Shown piece by piece: positions 44,405-52,328 of a DNA stretch of 64,000 nucleotides. Below the pieces are notes generated by a model. The model was not told the DNA's origin and did not search any database. It saw only the letters and a list, made by a program, of their open reading frames with translations. Within the stretch, counting starts at the first letter, position 1; each line of letters starts with the position of its first letter. The position numbers were made by a program, and so were the translations under genes. Source of the DNA: a virus; IMG/VR virus record IMGVR_UViG_3300017969_000006, positions 35,772 through 99,771 of that record; one strand, 5' to 3'.

Positions 44405-47400
44405 AACAGTACGCTTTAGTAAAGGACATGGTTAACGGCTCGTCTTACTATGGCGTTGTCATCCGTGAAAATGGGCTTACCGAATGCAAAGGTGTTTCAG
44501 GTGTAGGCGAAAAGTGGGCGGAATCTTACAACAACGCCGAAACTAAGTCCCTTGACGATGGTCTTCCCTATGGTGTGAAAATCGGAGAATTCCATGCGTT
44601 GACTCAAAGCGAGGAAATCCTTGTCGAACACATGCTTGACGGCAACACTGTTCGTTTCCCAGACAGAACTCAACTGAAGCAACTGTCTTTCCACAAAACA
44701 GACGCTAATTCAAGCCTTCCTGCCGTTTCAAACACGCCGCTTTCAGCATTTTTGATGGATGACCTGCAAACCGCAGTTGACTACAAGATTCGCGCTTTCC
44801 TCTCCGACTCTGCGAGAGCGTCAGTGATGCTGAAGTCACGTCTTGAAAGATACGGCATCAGCGACACAACTGTCGGCTTCAAGTCTGCAAGCAATAACAG
44901 TTTCCTGAATGAAGACATGTCCAGTGTGGCTCGTGGACATGGCAATCTTCGACGTGCGCTGTTGGATATCAGAGACGCAAAATCAACCTTCCTAGAAAAT
45001 CATCCGGGATATCAGGTTGGAATCGAGGAAAAAGCAATCGGGCGTAGCCTCGGTCGAGGTGCGCGCATTGGCAGACGTGCGGCTCGCGCCTTCAAGCCAT
45101 ACGACCCGAACGCAATCGATGGCGACATGGACGGAATTGTTCAAGAAGGAACACCTTGGGAACGTCCAGCAGTCAGAGTTGGTGGACGTGGCGTTCGCTT
45201 AACCCCAACGCAGCAGCGGGCAAGAAGCGAAATTGCTCCAGATGTCGGGATGCGTAGCCGGACGGGTGATGGAGAAAGCATTCAGGACAGGCTTACAGCG
45301 GCGCGTAACAGTCGACAGCAAAAACTTGCCGATCGCATGCGTGAAATGGGTTTCGACGATGACAATCAAAAAGAAATCAATGACTGGCTGAGAACCTTTA
45401 ACCCGGAAGATTTCGAATATACCGACATTGATGATCTCGAGATTGAAGGTCTGACCTCGCGCCGTGGCTCATCCAGCCCTACCGGCAGCATTTTTGGTCA
45501 GCGCCGTTACTCAAGCGAGGATTGGATCGAAGGCCAACTCGATGAGGGGCCGCTTGCTGGTTCTTTCTTTGAACTTCGAACCGCACGCGATTACACCGAA
45601 AGCAACTTTAATGATCCGGGTGAAACGCTCGGTGGTAATGATGAGTTGACTGTTTACACGCCTGATGGTGTCGTTCTCAGTTTCGAAAACGAAACATGGG
45701 AAGACTCTTTGGACCTTATCAATGTCCGCGCACCGGGCGGTGATGGCCTTCGGTCAAGAAGTCGACGCGGGGATGACGAGGACTACCCTCGTATCGACCC
45801 CGATCTCATCAACAGGTTGCGAAATGAACGATTTGTTCCCGAGACAAGTCGTTCTGGTCGTGCACGTCAAAACCGCATCATTAACACCCCGAACGCTGAT
45901 GGTGGTCCACCACGTCGTGCAGTCCGGGAGCGCTCTGGCCGAGTTGTCCCAGAACCACCGGCACGTGATCGGAGCGGACTGCGCAGCAGGACCGGTGACA
46001 CCGCCAACAGAAATGCCGAATTGACCGGTGTAGGAACAACCGTCCCCAAAGCCATGAAGGCAAACAGGAAGTTCTTCCAAACACTTGCTGCCAACGGATT
46101 CGTTTGGGACGACAAGCCTGACACCAGTGGCAGAGTTAGGATTTTCCTACCCGACCGCATGTCCGACTGGACACTTGACCAGCCCGACAGCGTCCGTAAT
46201 CAGTGGGGCAAATTCAAACCAGCCCGCGAAAATCAGGCAGCCGGCTTCATTCACGTACACCCCGGCAAGGACACGCCACAACGTCCTGAAAACATGGCGA
46301 AACGTTTCCTGCGCACCATTTTTGGCGACACCGCATGGGACGACATGGAAGCAAACGCCAAGAAACCCGGCGATAAGCGCGGCACTGGTCGAATCGGAGT
46401 AATTCCTTCAACTAGCACCGGCGCGACTGGATTGCGTTCCGCAACGTCTCGTGCTCGCACTCGTACTGCCTCAACGGAAAGAGTAGCAACGCCCACCACA
46501 ACCGGACGAAGCCTCCGCTCGGGCCAACTGCGCAAACTTGGAAAGCCCGGTGTCGCAAGAGGTGAAAGCGACGGAAAAATCTGGGAACAATTGGATGACA
46601 ACCAACGCGATTTGTTCAAGCAATTTGCACAGGCGCGTGAAGTTCAGTTGATGCGGAATCTCACTCAGGATGCGAGAATGCGAAAGTTCCGCAACAAGAT
46701 GATAGATGATGGCGATTTCGACGAAATCGACGAGGACGGCAACGTTGTGCGGAATTACAACAAACCGCTTGCTCGAAACATCATCCCATTGGCGCAACGA
46801 GAAATTGACGATCTGCTTCGCGATGAAAAAATCACGGAGGAAACCCACGTAAAGTGGCAGAAAACTTTGGACGACATCAAGACGTTGCGCAACATGAAGG
46901 AAAGCGACAACTACGAAGCGCTGGAGCACCTGCATCCGGCAAGTCGTGCCAAGATCATCAAGGACGCTCGGGGTGAAGATTCAAGCATTCCGGGTGTTCG
47001 TGCACTGAAGGCTGATGGTCCGTCAACGTTCTTCGGTGATCAAGCCCGTACAGCCAGTGGTCGTAGCGCCGGTAAGAATCGGAAACCGAAAAGGAAGCGG
47101 CCTTTCGCTGACCGCATTATCACACCGAATGTTGAACGACTACAGCGTCGGGCGGCTCGTCGTCAACGAGCACAAGCGATTCGTCGGGGAGGCCTTGTTC
47201 GCGGTCAAGAGGCTGACGTTTCTGCAACGCAAAATGCTCGACGCAAACTGGCTCGTCAACTTCGTCGAGCACGACGCAGATTTAAAGGAGAACGCGACGA
47301 AAGAGCGATCCGTAAAATCTTTGACGAAAAGAAGAAAAATCACCCATTGGCCCGTACAAAAGAAGGCGCTCCAGAAGTCAATGACAAGTACGTTGATTAC

Positions 47401-48246
47401 CTTGCCTTCGTCGGATCAAATATTGATAAACGTCAAAAAGGTGAACTCTCATCAGACGTTCGCGACAGCGTCCTTCGAGACCTTTGGCAAAACGGAGGAT
47501 TCAACCAACGCCCCGAACTCATTTCTGCGGACGAGATGCAGGCCCTCAGCGATGCGGGTTGGCAGGTTCTACACCGAGGAGTTGACAGACTGGGAACTCA
47601 AGCACAAGCAAACACAGATTCGTACAAGGAAGACTTGGACCGTTTCACGCCCGGCGAAACTAATCTACGAGCACATGGCGTTGGCGAATACTGGGCTGCT
47701 CCGGGGAGTGGGCACTGGGGAGGTTACGGTTCTGGCATGCTTGCCTTCATTGACCCAGAAGGCAAAAGGATCCAGAGGAATAAACTCAAGGGATTATCAG
47801 ATGAATCTTGGCCAGCAATGAAGGAAATCCAAGATCTCATCGATGAACTAGGTGATGGAGTTGCACAAGGTGAAGACCCTGCAAACTTCGTTGATCAAGT
47901 AATGGAACGACTCCGCTCCAATGGTCTCGAAGGTCTCCTCGAAAAAGATAATGAAATCATCCAAGTGGCTCGCCAATTGCTCGACAGGTACAAGGGCATG
48001 ACCCCGAATGACACAAAGCGTGAAAATACGTGGAATGCCATTCAATATATGCTCGGCCAATCGAGGCAGGCGCAATGGTCAGGCGGAGAGGGATATTGGG
48101 CTCCAATCCTCGGCTACGACTACGTCACCTCAAACGAGGGCGTGTTCCTTGTTCACAACCGAGGCAGTGTTGCTGTGCTTGACGTCGCCGAACCGCTCAG
48201 CGGCGGAGCAGCAAAGACAATTGTAGATGGCCTCAATGAAGGGTAA
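44401..48246 (+). CDS. Tagged cargo protein 3 (1281 aa), multi-module with C-terminal ART-like domain
   Basis: EEKAIGR, YDPNAIDGDMDGIVQEGTPWERPA, four G[LM]RS motifs; C-terminal GFNQRP...LHRGV...HGVGEYWA...ILGYD...VHNRG. Confidence 0.7.
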   Translation: MKQYALVKDMVNGSSYYGVVIRENGLTECKGVSGVGEKWAESYNNAETKSLDDGLPYGVKIGEFHALTQSEEILVEHMLDGNTVRFPDRTQLKQLSFHKTDANSSLPAVSNTPLSAFLMDDLQTAVDYKIRAFLSDSARASVMLKSRLERYGISDTTVGFKSASNNSFLNEDMSSVARGHGNLRRALLDIRDAKSTFLENHPGYQVGIEEKAIGRSLGRGARIGRRAARAFKPYDPNAIDGDMDGIVQEGTPWERPAVRVGGRGVRLTPTQQRARSEIAPDVGMRSRTGDGESIQDRLTAARNSRQQKLADRMREMGFDDDNQKEINDWLRTFNPEDFEYTDIDDLEIEGLTSRRGSSSPTGSIFGQRRYSSEDWIEGQLDEGPLAGSFFELRTARDYTESNFNDPGETLGGNDELTVYTPDGVVLSFENETWEDSLDLINVRAPGGDGLRSRSRRGDDEDYPRIDPDLINRLRNERFVPETSRSGRARQNRIINTPNADGGPPRRAVRERSGRVVPEPPARDRSGLRSRTGDTANRNAELTGVGTTVPKAMKANRKFFQTLAANGFVWDDKPDTSGRVRIFLPDRMSDWTLDQPDSVRNQWGKFKPARENQAAGFIHVHPGKDTPQRPENMAKRFLRTIFGDTAWDDMEANAKKPGDKRGTGRIGVIPSTSTGATGLRSATSRARTRTASTERVATPTTTGRSLRSGQLRKLGKPGVARGESDGKIWEQLDDNQRDLFKQFAQAREVQLMRNLTQDARMRKFRNKMIDDGDFDEIDEDGNVVRNYNKPLARNIIPLAQREIDDLLRDEKITEETHVKWQKTLDDIKTLRNMKESDNYEALEHLHPASRAKIIKDARGEDSSIPGVRALKADGPSTFFGDQARTASGRSAGKNRKPKRKRPFADRIITPNVERLQRRAARRQRAQAIRRGGLVRGQEADVSATQNARRKLARQLRRARRRFKGERDERAIRKIFDEKKKNHPLARTKEGAPEVNDKYVDYLAFVGSNIDKRQKGELSSDVRDSVLRDLWQNGGFNQRPELISADEMQALSDAGWQVLHRGVDRLGTQAQANTDSYKEDLDRFTPGETNLRAHGVGEYWAAPGSGHWGGYGSGMLAFIDPEGKRIQRNKLKGLSDESWPAMKEIQDLIDELGDGVAQGEDPANFVDQVMERLRSNGLEGLLEKDNEIIQVARQLLDRYKGMTPNDTKRENTWNAIQYMLGQSRQAQWSGGEGYWAPILGYDYVTSNEGVFLVHNRGSVAVLDVAEPLSGGAAKTIVDGLNEG

Positions 48247-48255
48247 ACTATTGAC

Positions 48256-48639
48256 ATGAGTGATACAACTAACGAATGGGGCGAAGATCTGCAAGAGGTA
48301 GAGCGTCGACAGCAATTCACCGACCGGTTTAACGAGTTGATGGACTTGACCGACTACCCGCCATTTTCAATCAATCTTGAAAAACACAACGAGTATCGCG
48401 AAGAAGTCATGGCCTACAGCGTGAAAATCTCTGAACAAATTCGTGAAAGCGACGCAATCGAAGATCGACCATTCTCAACACTTATGGCGAAATGGGAAGA
48501 TGACCTTGACGAGGCCAAACTCTACAAACAGCGTTATGGTAGGGATTTTGTTGGCGCCCAGAAAGCGGCCGCAAAGAATGACGGCATCTCCATGCGTGAC
48601 GTAAAGCCCATCGGACCACCATCAGCATATAAAGACTGA
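48256..48639 (+). CDS. Small protein after the 1281-aa gene (candidate immunity/partner)
   Basis: 127 aa; ATG lies 6 nt after its own TAAACT box. Confidence 0.6.
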   Translation: MSDTTNEWGEDLQEVERRQQFTDRFNELMDLTDYPPFSINLEKHNEYREEVMAYSVKISEQIRESDAIEDRPFSTLMAKWEDDLDEAKLYKQRYGRDFVGAQKAAAKNDGISMRDVKPIGPPSAYKD

Positions 48640-50243
48640 TGAATAAAGGGGCCGCCGGGAAAGCGCGAGCACTCCGACGCGCTAAAGAATTGGGATGCAC
48701 TGGTGCACACAAACATCCTGACGGCGGCTGGATGGCATGCTCCACCCATGAAGAGTACGAGCGTTTAGAAGCCGAAGAAGAGTCCGAGCAAGAAGAAAAA
48801 TCCGTTCTTTCTCGTGTTCGTGAATTCCAAAGTGTTCGCGAACGAAAAGGCAAACGCCGCAAAAAGAAAAATAAAAAGAACTGGGAAAAACTCGGTGAAC
48901 GTGGCGTTGTTTCAATCGACACAATCACTGGCGGCGGGCTCGTTTCGGGCGCTGTCGCTGGAAAAGTTGCATCAGCAATCCCCCGTGACGGAGAAGAAGA
49001 TGTTTTTACCGACATCAACTCAGCACGTCGAAGGGCGCGACAACTGGGATGTATCGGAGTTGCACGACGTCGTTCCACTGGCGGTCAAGTCGTATGGACT
49101 CCGTGTTCAAACATCACCGACTATGCGCGACGCACAGGAAGCACCGCCCTTGGCCGTCGATACATAGAACGAATGCGACGGCAAGAAGCGCGTCGAATCG
49201 TTGAAGAAGAACGCAAGCGCGGTCGCTACAAGCGTAAAATTTCCCTATTTGAAGAACTTCACGGGAAAGCGCTCGGCAGGAAAATCCGTCAGGCTGCTGC
49301 TGTTTTCGATGCCAATGCCACGGATGGTGACAACGACGGGATGGTGCAAGATGGCACCGCTTTTGCTAGACCAGCAATCCCCAAGGGTGTCGGTAAGTCG
49401 AAAACATGGAAAGACCTCATTGAGATGGAGCCCGGTTGGATGTCCGAGGCACCAAAAAACATTCAAAGAGCAGCGTCGCAGGAAGCGAGAGAAAAACACC
49501 GGAAATTACGTGTTTCTGGGCTTCGTTCGCAGCAAACCGGGTCCGGTGGTCGTGCTCAAGTGAGTCGAATCATGCAACAAGTCATGCCAGAGCATCGTGG
49601 AAAAGAGGATAGAACCCTCTATTTCATTGGCGGAACAACTGGTGCGGGGAAGTCAACTCTCACCCGAAATGACAGATTTGGGATACCGGGGCCTGATGCT
49701 GCTGCACATATTGACCCTGATGAGATTAAGGCCGGTTTGGTTGGCTGGGATAATGGCCGTGGTGCTGGTGCCGTTCACGATTCTTCACGACGAGTTACCG
49801 ATCACGCCATGAAAGCAGCGGCTGAGGAAAAAACCGATATGGTCGTTCAGGGTACTGGCAAGAGGACTGAGCACCTTCAAATGGCTCGTCAAAATGGATA
49901 TGCAACTGTTGGGCACTTTGTTCATATTCCCGGTGACGAAGCAGATCGCCGGATTGTTCAGCGAAATGCTGACAATAGGCAGAATGGTGGAGCGATAATC
50001 CCGGAATGGTTTGGGAGCCAGATTGGTCGTGAACTACAGCCGATTGTTCCTCGTCAAATTACATCCGGATTATTTGATGAATTCTTCTTGTGGGATAACA
50101 GCGGAGACACACCCGTTCTGATTGCTAAGCGCACCAAAGACGGAAATTACAACATCAATGATATTGATGCTTTCAATGATTTCTTTAGTCCGACCGGAGC
50201 CGAGTACGTCAAGAACTACTGGGATAGTAAGTCAAGTAGTTAA
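48639..50243 (+). CDS. Tagged cargo protein 4: two DUF3721-like repeats plus zeta-toxin-like P-loop kinase
   Basis: AKELGCTGAH...WMAC and ARQLGCIG...WTPC; HGKALGR, FDANATDGDNDGMVQDGTAF, GLRSQQ; GGTTGAGKST, HIDPDEIK, VVQGT, LWDNS. Confidence 0.8.
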   Translation: MNKGAAGKARALRRAKELGCTGAHKHPDGGWMACSTHEEYERLEAEEESEQEEKSVLSRVREFQSVRERKGKRRKKKNKKNWEKLGERGVVSIDTITGGGLVSGAVAGKVASAIPRDGEEDVFTDINSARRRARQLGCIGVARRRSTGGQVVWTPCSNITDYARRTGSTALGRRYIERMRRQEARRIVEEERKRGRYKRKISLFEELHGKALGRKIRQAAAVFDANATDGDNDGMVQDGTAFARPAIPKGVGKSKTWKDLIEMEPGWMSEAPKNIQRAASQEAREKHRKLRVSGLRSQQTGSGGRAQVSRIMQQVMPEHRGKEDRTLYFIGGTTGAGKSTLTRNDRFGIPGPDAAAHIDPDEIKAGLVGWDNGRGAGAVHDSSRRVTDHAMKAAAEEKTDMVVQGTGKRTEHLQMARQNGYATVGHFVHIPGDEADRRIVQRNADNRQNGGAIIPEWFGSQIGRELQPIVPRQITSGLFDEFFLWDNSGDTPVLIAKRTKDGNYNINDIDAFNDFFSPTGAEYVKNYWDSKSSS

Positions 50244-50394
50244 CTAGATAAGGGCCTTATGTAATGCCCTTAAAAAAATAGTGTTATTTGCCTTATTTGG
50301 GGCTAGTGATGTTGTACCTTATAGGTAAGGGCGCGTGCTTACGTAGGCCTTGTAAACCATCCATCACGTAATTCTTCCAAGGAGAAGACCCATC

Positions 50395-51711
50395 ATGGCA
50401 GATTCAAGCCGCATTACGGAGTTGCAGACCGCGCTCCAGAGCAAGATGGACGAGAACAAGGCCATTGCCGACTCGTTCAAAATTGAGGACGGCGTCGTCG
50501 TCGTCGAAAATGACCAGAAGTCCGCGTTCGACGCGAACATGAAGGACATCAAGGAGATCAAGTCACTGATCGCCGGCCTTCAGGACTTCAGCGAAGTTCA
50601 GTCGTGGAGTGCAGAGTCGGTTGAGTCCGTCGCTGCTGCCGCTGCTGCTGGCGAGGGCCTCCGCGAGGCTCGCGCTCAGTTCAAGTCGATCGGTGAGGAA
50701 TTCCTCGCTTCCGACGAGTTCAAGAGCCTTCAGGGTGGCCGTAACGGCGCGAACATGCCGTCGCCATTCCAGTACTCTGGCTCGCTGACCACCAGCGGTT
50801 ACGGCGTTAAGGACATCTACTCGGCGATGCCTTCCGGCACCCCGGGTCAGTTTGGTTCGATCCAGCGCGATCCGATTGTGATCCCGCCGCAGCGCACCAA
50901 GCGCGTCCGCGACCTGTTCCCGACCCGCACCACTTCGGCTGCGATCATCGAGTACTTCCGCATGACCGGATTCACCAACAACGCGGCGACCGTCGCTGAG
51001 CGTGGTGGCACCCCCGAGACGTTCGCTGCGAAGCCGCAGTCGACGATGACCTTTGAGGGCGCTCAGGCTCCCGTTCGCACCATCGCTCACTGGGAGGCCG
51101 CTCACCGTAACGTCCTCGCCGACGAGCCGCAGTTGCGTTCGATCATCGACAACGAGTTGATGTACGGCCTCCGTCTTCAGGAAGACGCTCAGATCCTCTC
51201 TGGTGACGGAACTGGTGAGAACCTCACTGGTGTTCTCAACACCACTGGTATCCAGACCTACGACTGGTCCGACGGTGCGCTCAGCCCGGTTCCGGACACG
51301 AAGGCTGACGCGATTCGTCGCGCCGCCACGCTTTCGTTCCTCGCCTACTACGAGCCGACCGGCGTCGTTCTTCACCCGAACGACTGGGAGGACATCGAGT
51401 TGACGAAGGACAGCAACGGTCAGTACCTCGTCGCGGTTTCGGTCGCGATGGGTGGCGAGCCGCGCGTCTGGCGTCTCCCGGTCGTCGAGACCCCCGCTAT
51501 CACCGAGGGCACCGCTCTCGTCGGTGCGTTCGGTACCGGCGCCCAGTTGTACGACCGCGAGCAGGCGAACATCCGGATCTCCGAGCAGCACTCGGACTTC
51601 TTCGTTCGCAACGCGATCGTGGTGCTCGCCGAGCAGCGTCTGGCCCTCGCGGTCAAGCGTCCGGAGGCCTTCGTGAAGGTTTCCTTCGACGGCGCTCCCG
51701 AGGCTCCCTGA
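50395..51711 (+). CDS. Major capsid protein, HK97 fold with N-terminal delta domain
   Basis: VRDLFP, VAERG...KPQS, VRTIAHW, QEDAQILSGDGTGENLTGVL, VLHPNDW, FVRNAIVVLAEQRLALAVKRPEAF; AAGGAG RBS; strong codon bias. Confidence 0.95.
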   Translation: MADSSRITELQTALQSKMDENKAIADSFKIEDGVVVVENDQKSAFDANMKDIKEIKSLIAGLQDFSEVQSWSAESVESVAAAAAAGEGLREARAQFKSIGEEFLASDEFKSLQGGRNGANMPSPFQYSGSLTTSGYGVKDIYSAMPSGTPGQFGSIQRDPIVIPPQRTKRVRDLFPTRTTSAAIIEYFRMTGFTNNAATVAERGGTPETFAAKPQSTMTFEGAQAPVRTIAHWEAAHRNVLADEPQLRSIIDNELMYGLRLQEDAQILSGDGTGENLTGVLNTTGIQTYDWSDGALSPVPDTKADAIRRAATLSFLAYYEPTGVVLHPNDWEDIELTKDSNGQYLVAVSVAMGGEPRVWRLPVVETPAITEGTALVGAFGTGAQLYDREQANIRISEQHSDFFVRNAIVVLAEQRLALAVKRPEAFVKVSFDGAPEAP

Positions 51712-51751
51712 TCCTCGGATCAACAACTAACGGCCTAGAGCCGTAGGAACG

Positions 51752-51784
51752 TCCCCCGGGTTAGTCCCCGGGGGATTTTCCTTT
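51752..51784 (+). terminator. Intrinsic terminator after the capsid gene
   Basis: TCCCCCGGG-TTAGTC-CCCGGGGGA followed by TTTTCCTTT. Confidence 0.85.
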
Positions 51785-51802
51785 ATATGTACAATGTTTA
51801 AT

Positions 51803-51964
51803 ATGGCAAAGAACAGCAACGCCGACAACGATTATTGGGATGAATACAAACGGATTGGTCGAGACTTCAGGGGTGGACCAGAAGACCTCGAGGAACTTGT
51901 TGTTGATGAACATCGGCACGTGCGTATCCATCGCCGTAGAAAAGAAAAGATGACCGACGAATGA
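51803..51964 (+). CDS. Small hypothetical protein (53 aa, below ORF-track cutoff)
   Basis: ATG 7 nt after TACAAT; MAKNSNADNDYWDEYKR...; stop overlaps the next start. Confidence 0.5.
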   Translation: MAKNSNADNDYWDEYKRIGRDFRGGPEDLEELVVDEHRHVRIHRRRKEKMTDE

Positions 51965-52326
51965 TGACTCTGTACACCTATCGGGCACGGCTTGACCGTG
52001 TTGTTGACGGAGACACCGTCGACCTAACCATTGACCTTGGATTTGATATCCACCACAAAGTCCGTTGTCGTCTTTATGGAATCAACACTCCCGAGAGCCG
52101 AACAAAAGACCTTGCTGAAAAAGAAAAAGGTCTTGCCGCTAAAGCCTACGTGGAAGACTGGTTTAATTGGAATAAAGAGTGTTTTGTTCAAACCATGAAG
52201 GATGGCAAAGGCAAGTATGGTCGCCTTCTCGCCAATATCTACCCAGACGAAAAGTGTGAGTTCTCTCTTAACGAACAGTTAGTTGACTCCGGTCACGCTG
52301 TCGAATACTTTGGTGGAGCACGATAA
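51961..52326 (+). CDS. Staphylococcal-nuclease-like (SNase) protein
   Basis: RVVDGDTV, RLYGINTPESR, GKYGRLLA, LNEQLVDSGHA. Confidence 0.9.
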   Translation: MMTLYTYRARLDRVVDGDTVDLTIDLGFDIHHKVRCRLYGINTPESRTKDLAEKEKGLAAKAYVEDWFNWNKECFVQTMKDGKGKYGRLLANIYPDEKCEFSLNEQLVDSGHAVEYFGGAR

Positions 52327-52328
52327 TC

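Noticed and set aside
27186-49376. DxDxDG boxes as EF-hand/calmodulin domains, or as DNA-level repeats (DGR template/variable pairs)
   Set aside because: One loop per protein with no flanking EF helices. DNA copies differ at synonymous positions rather than adenine-specifically, and no reverse transcriptase is present in the window.
50249-50278. Hairpin plus A-run as an intrinsic terminator
   Set aside because: The A-run follows the stem on the plus strand, so neither strand has a U-tract 3-prime of the hairpin.
50563-51726. 387-aa antisense ORF over the capsid gene
   Set aside because: Shadow of strong codon bias in a highly expressed gene; no motifs and no RBS.
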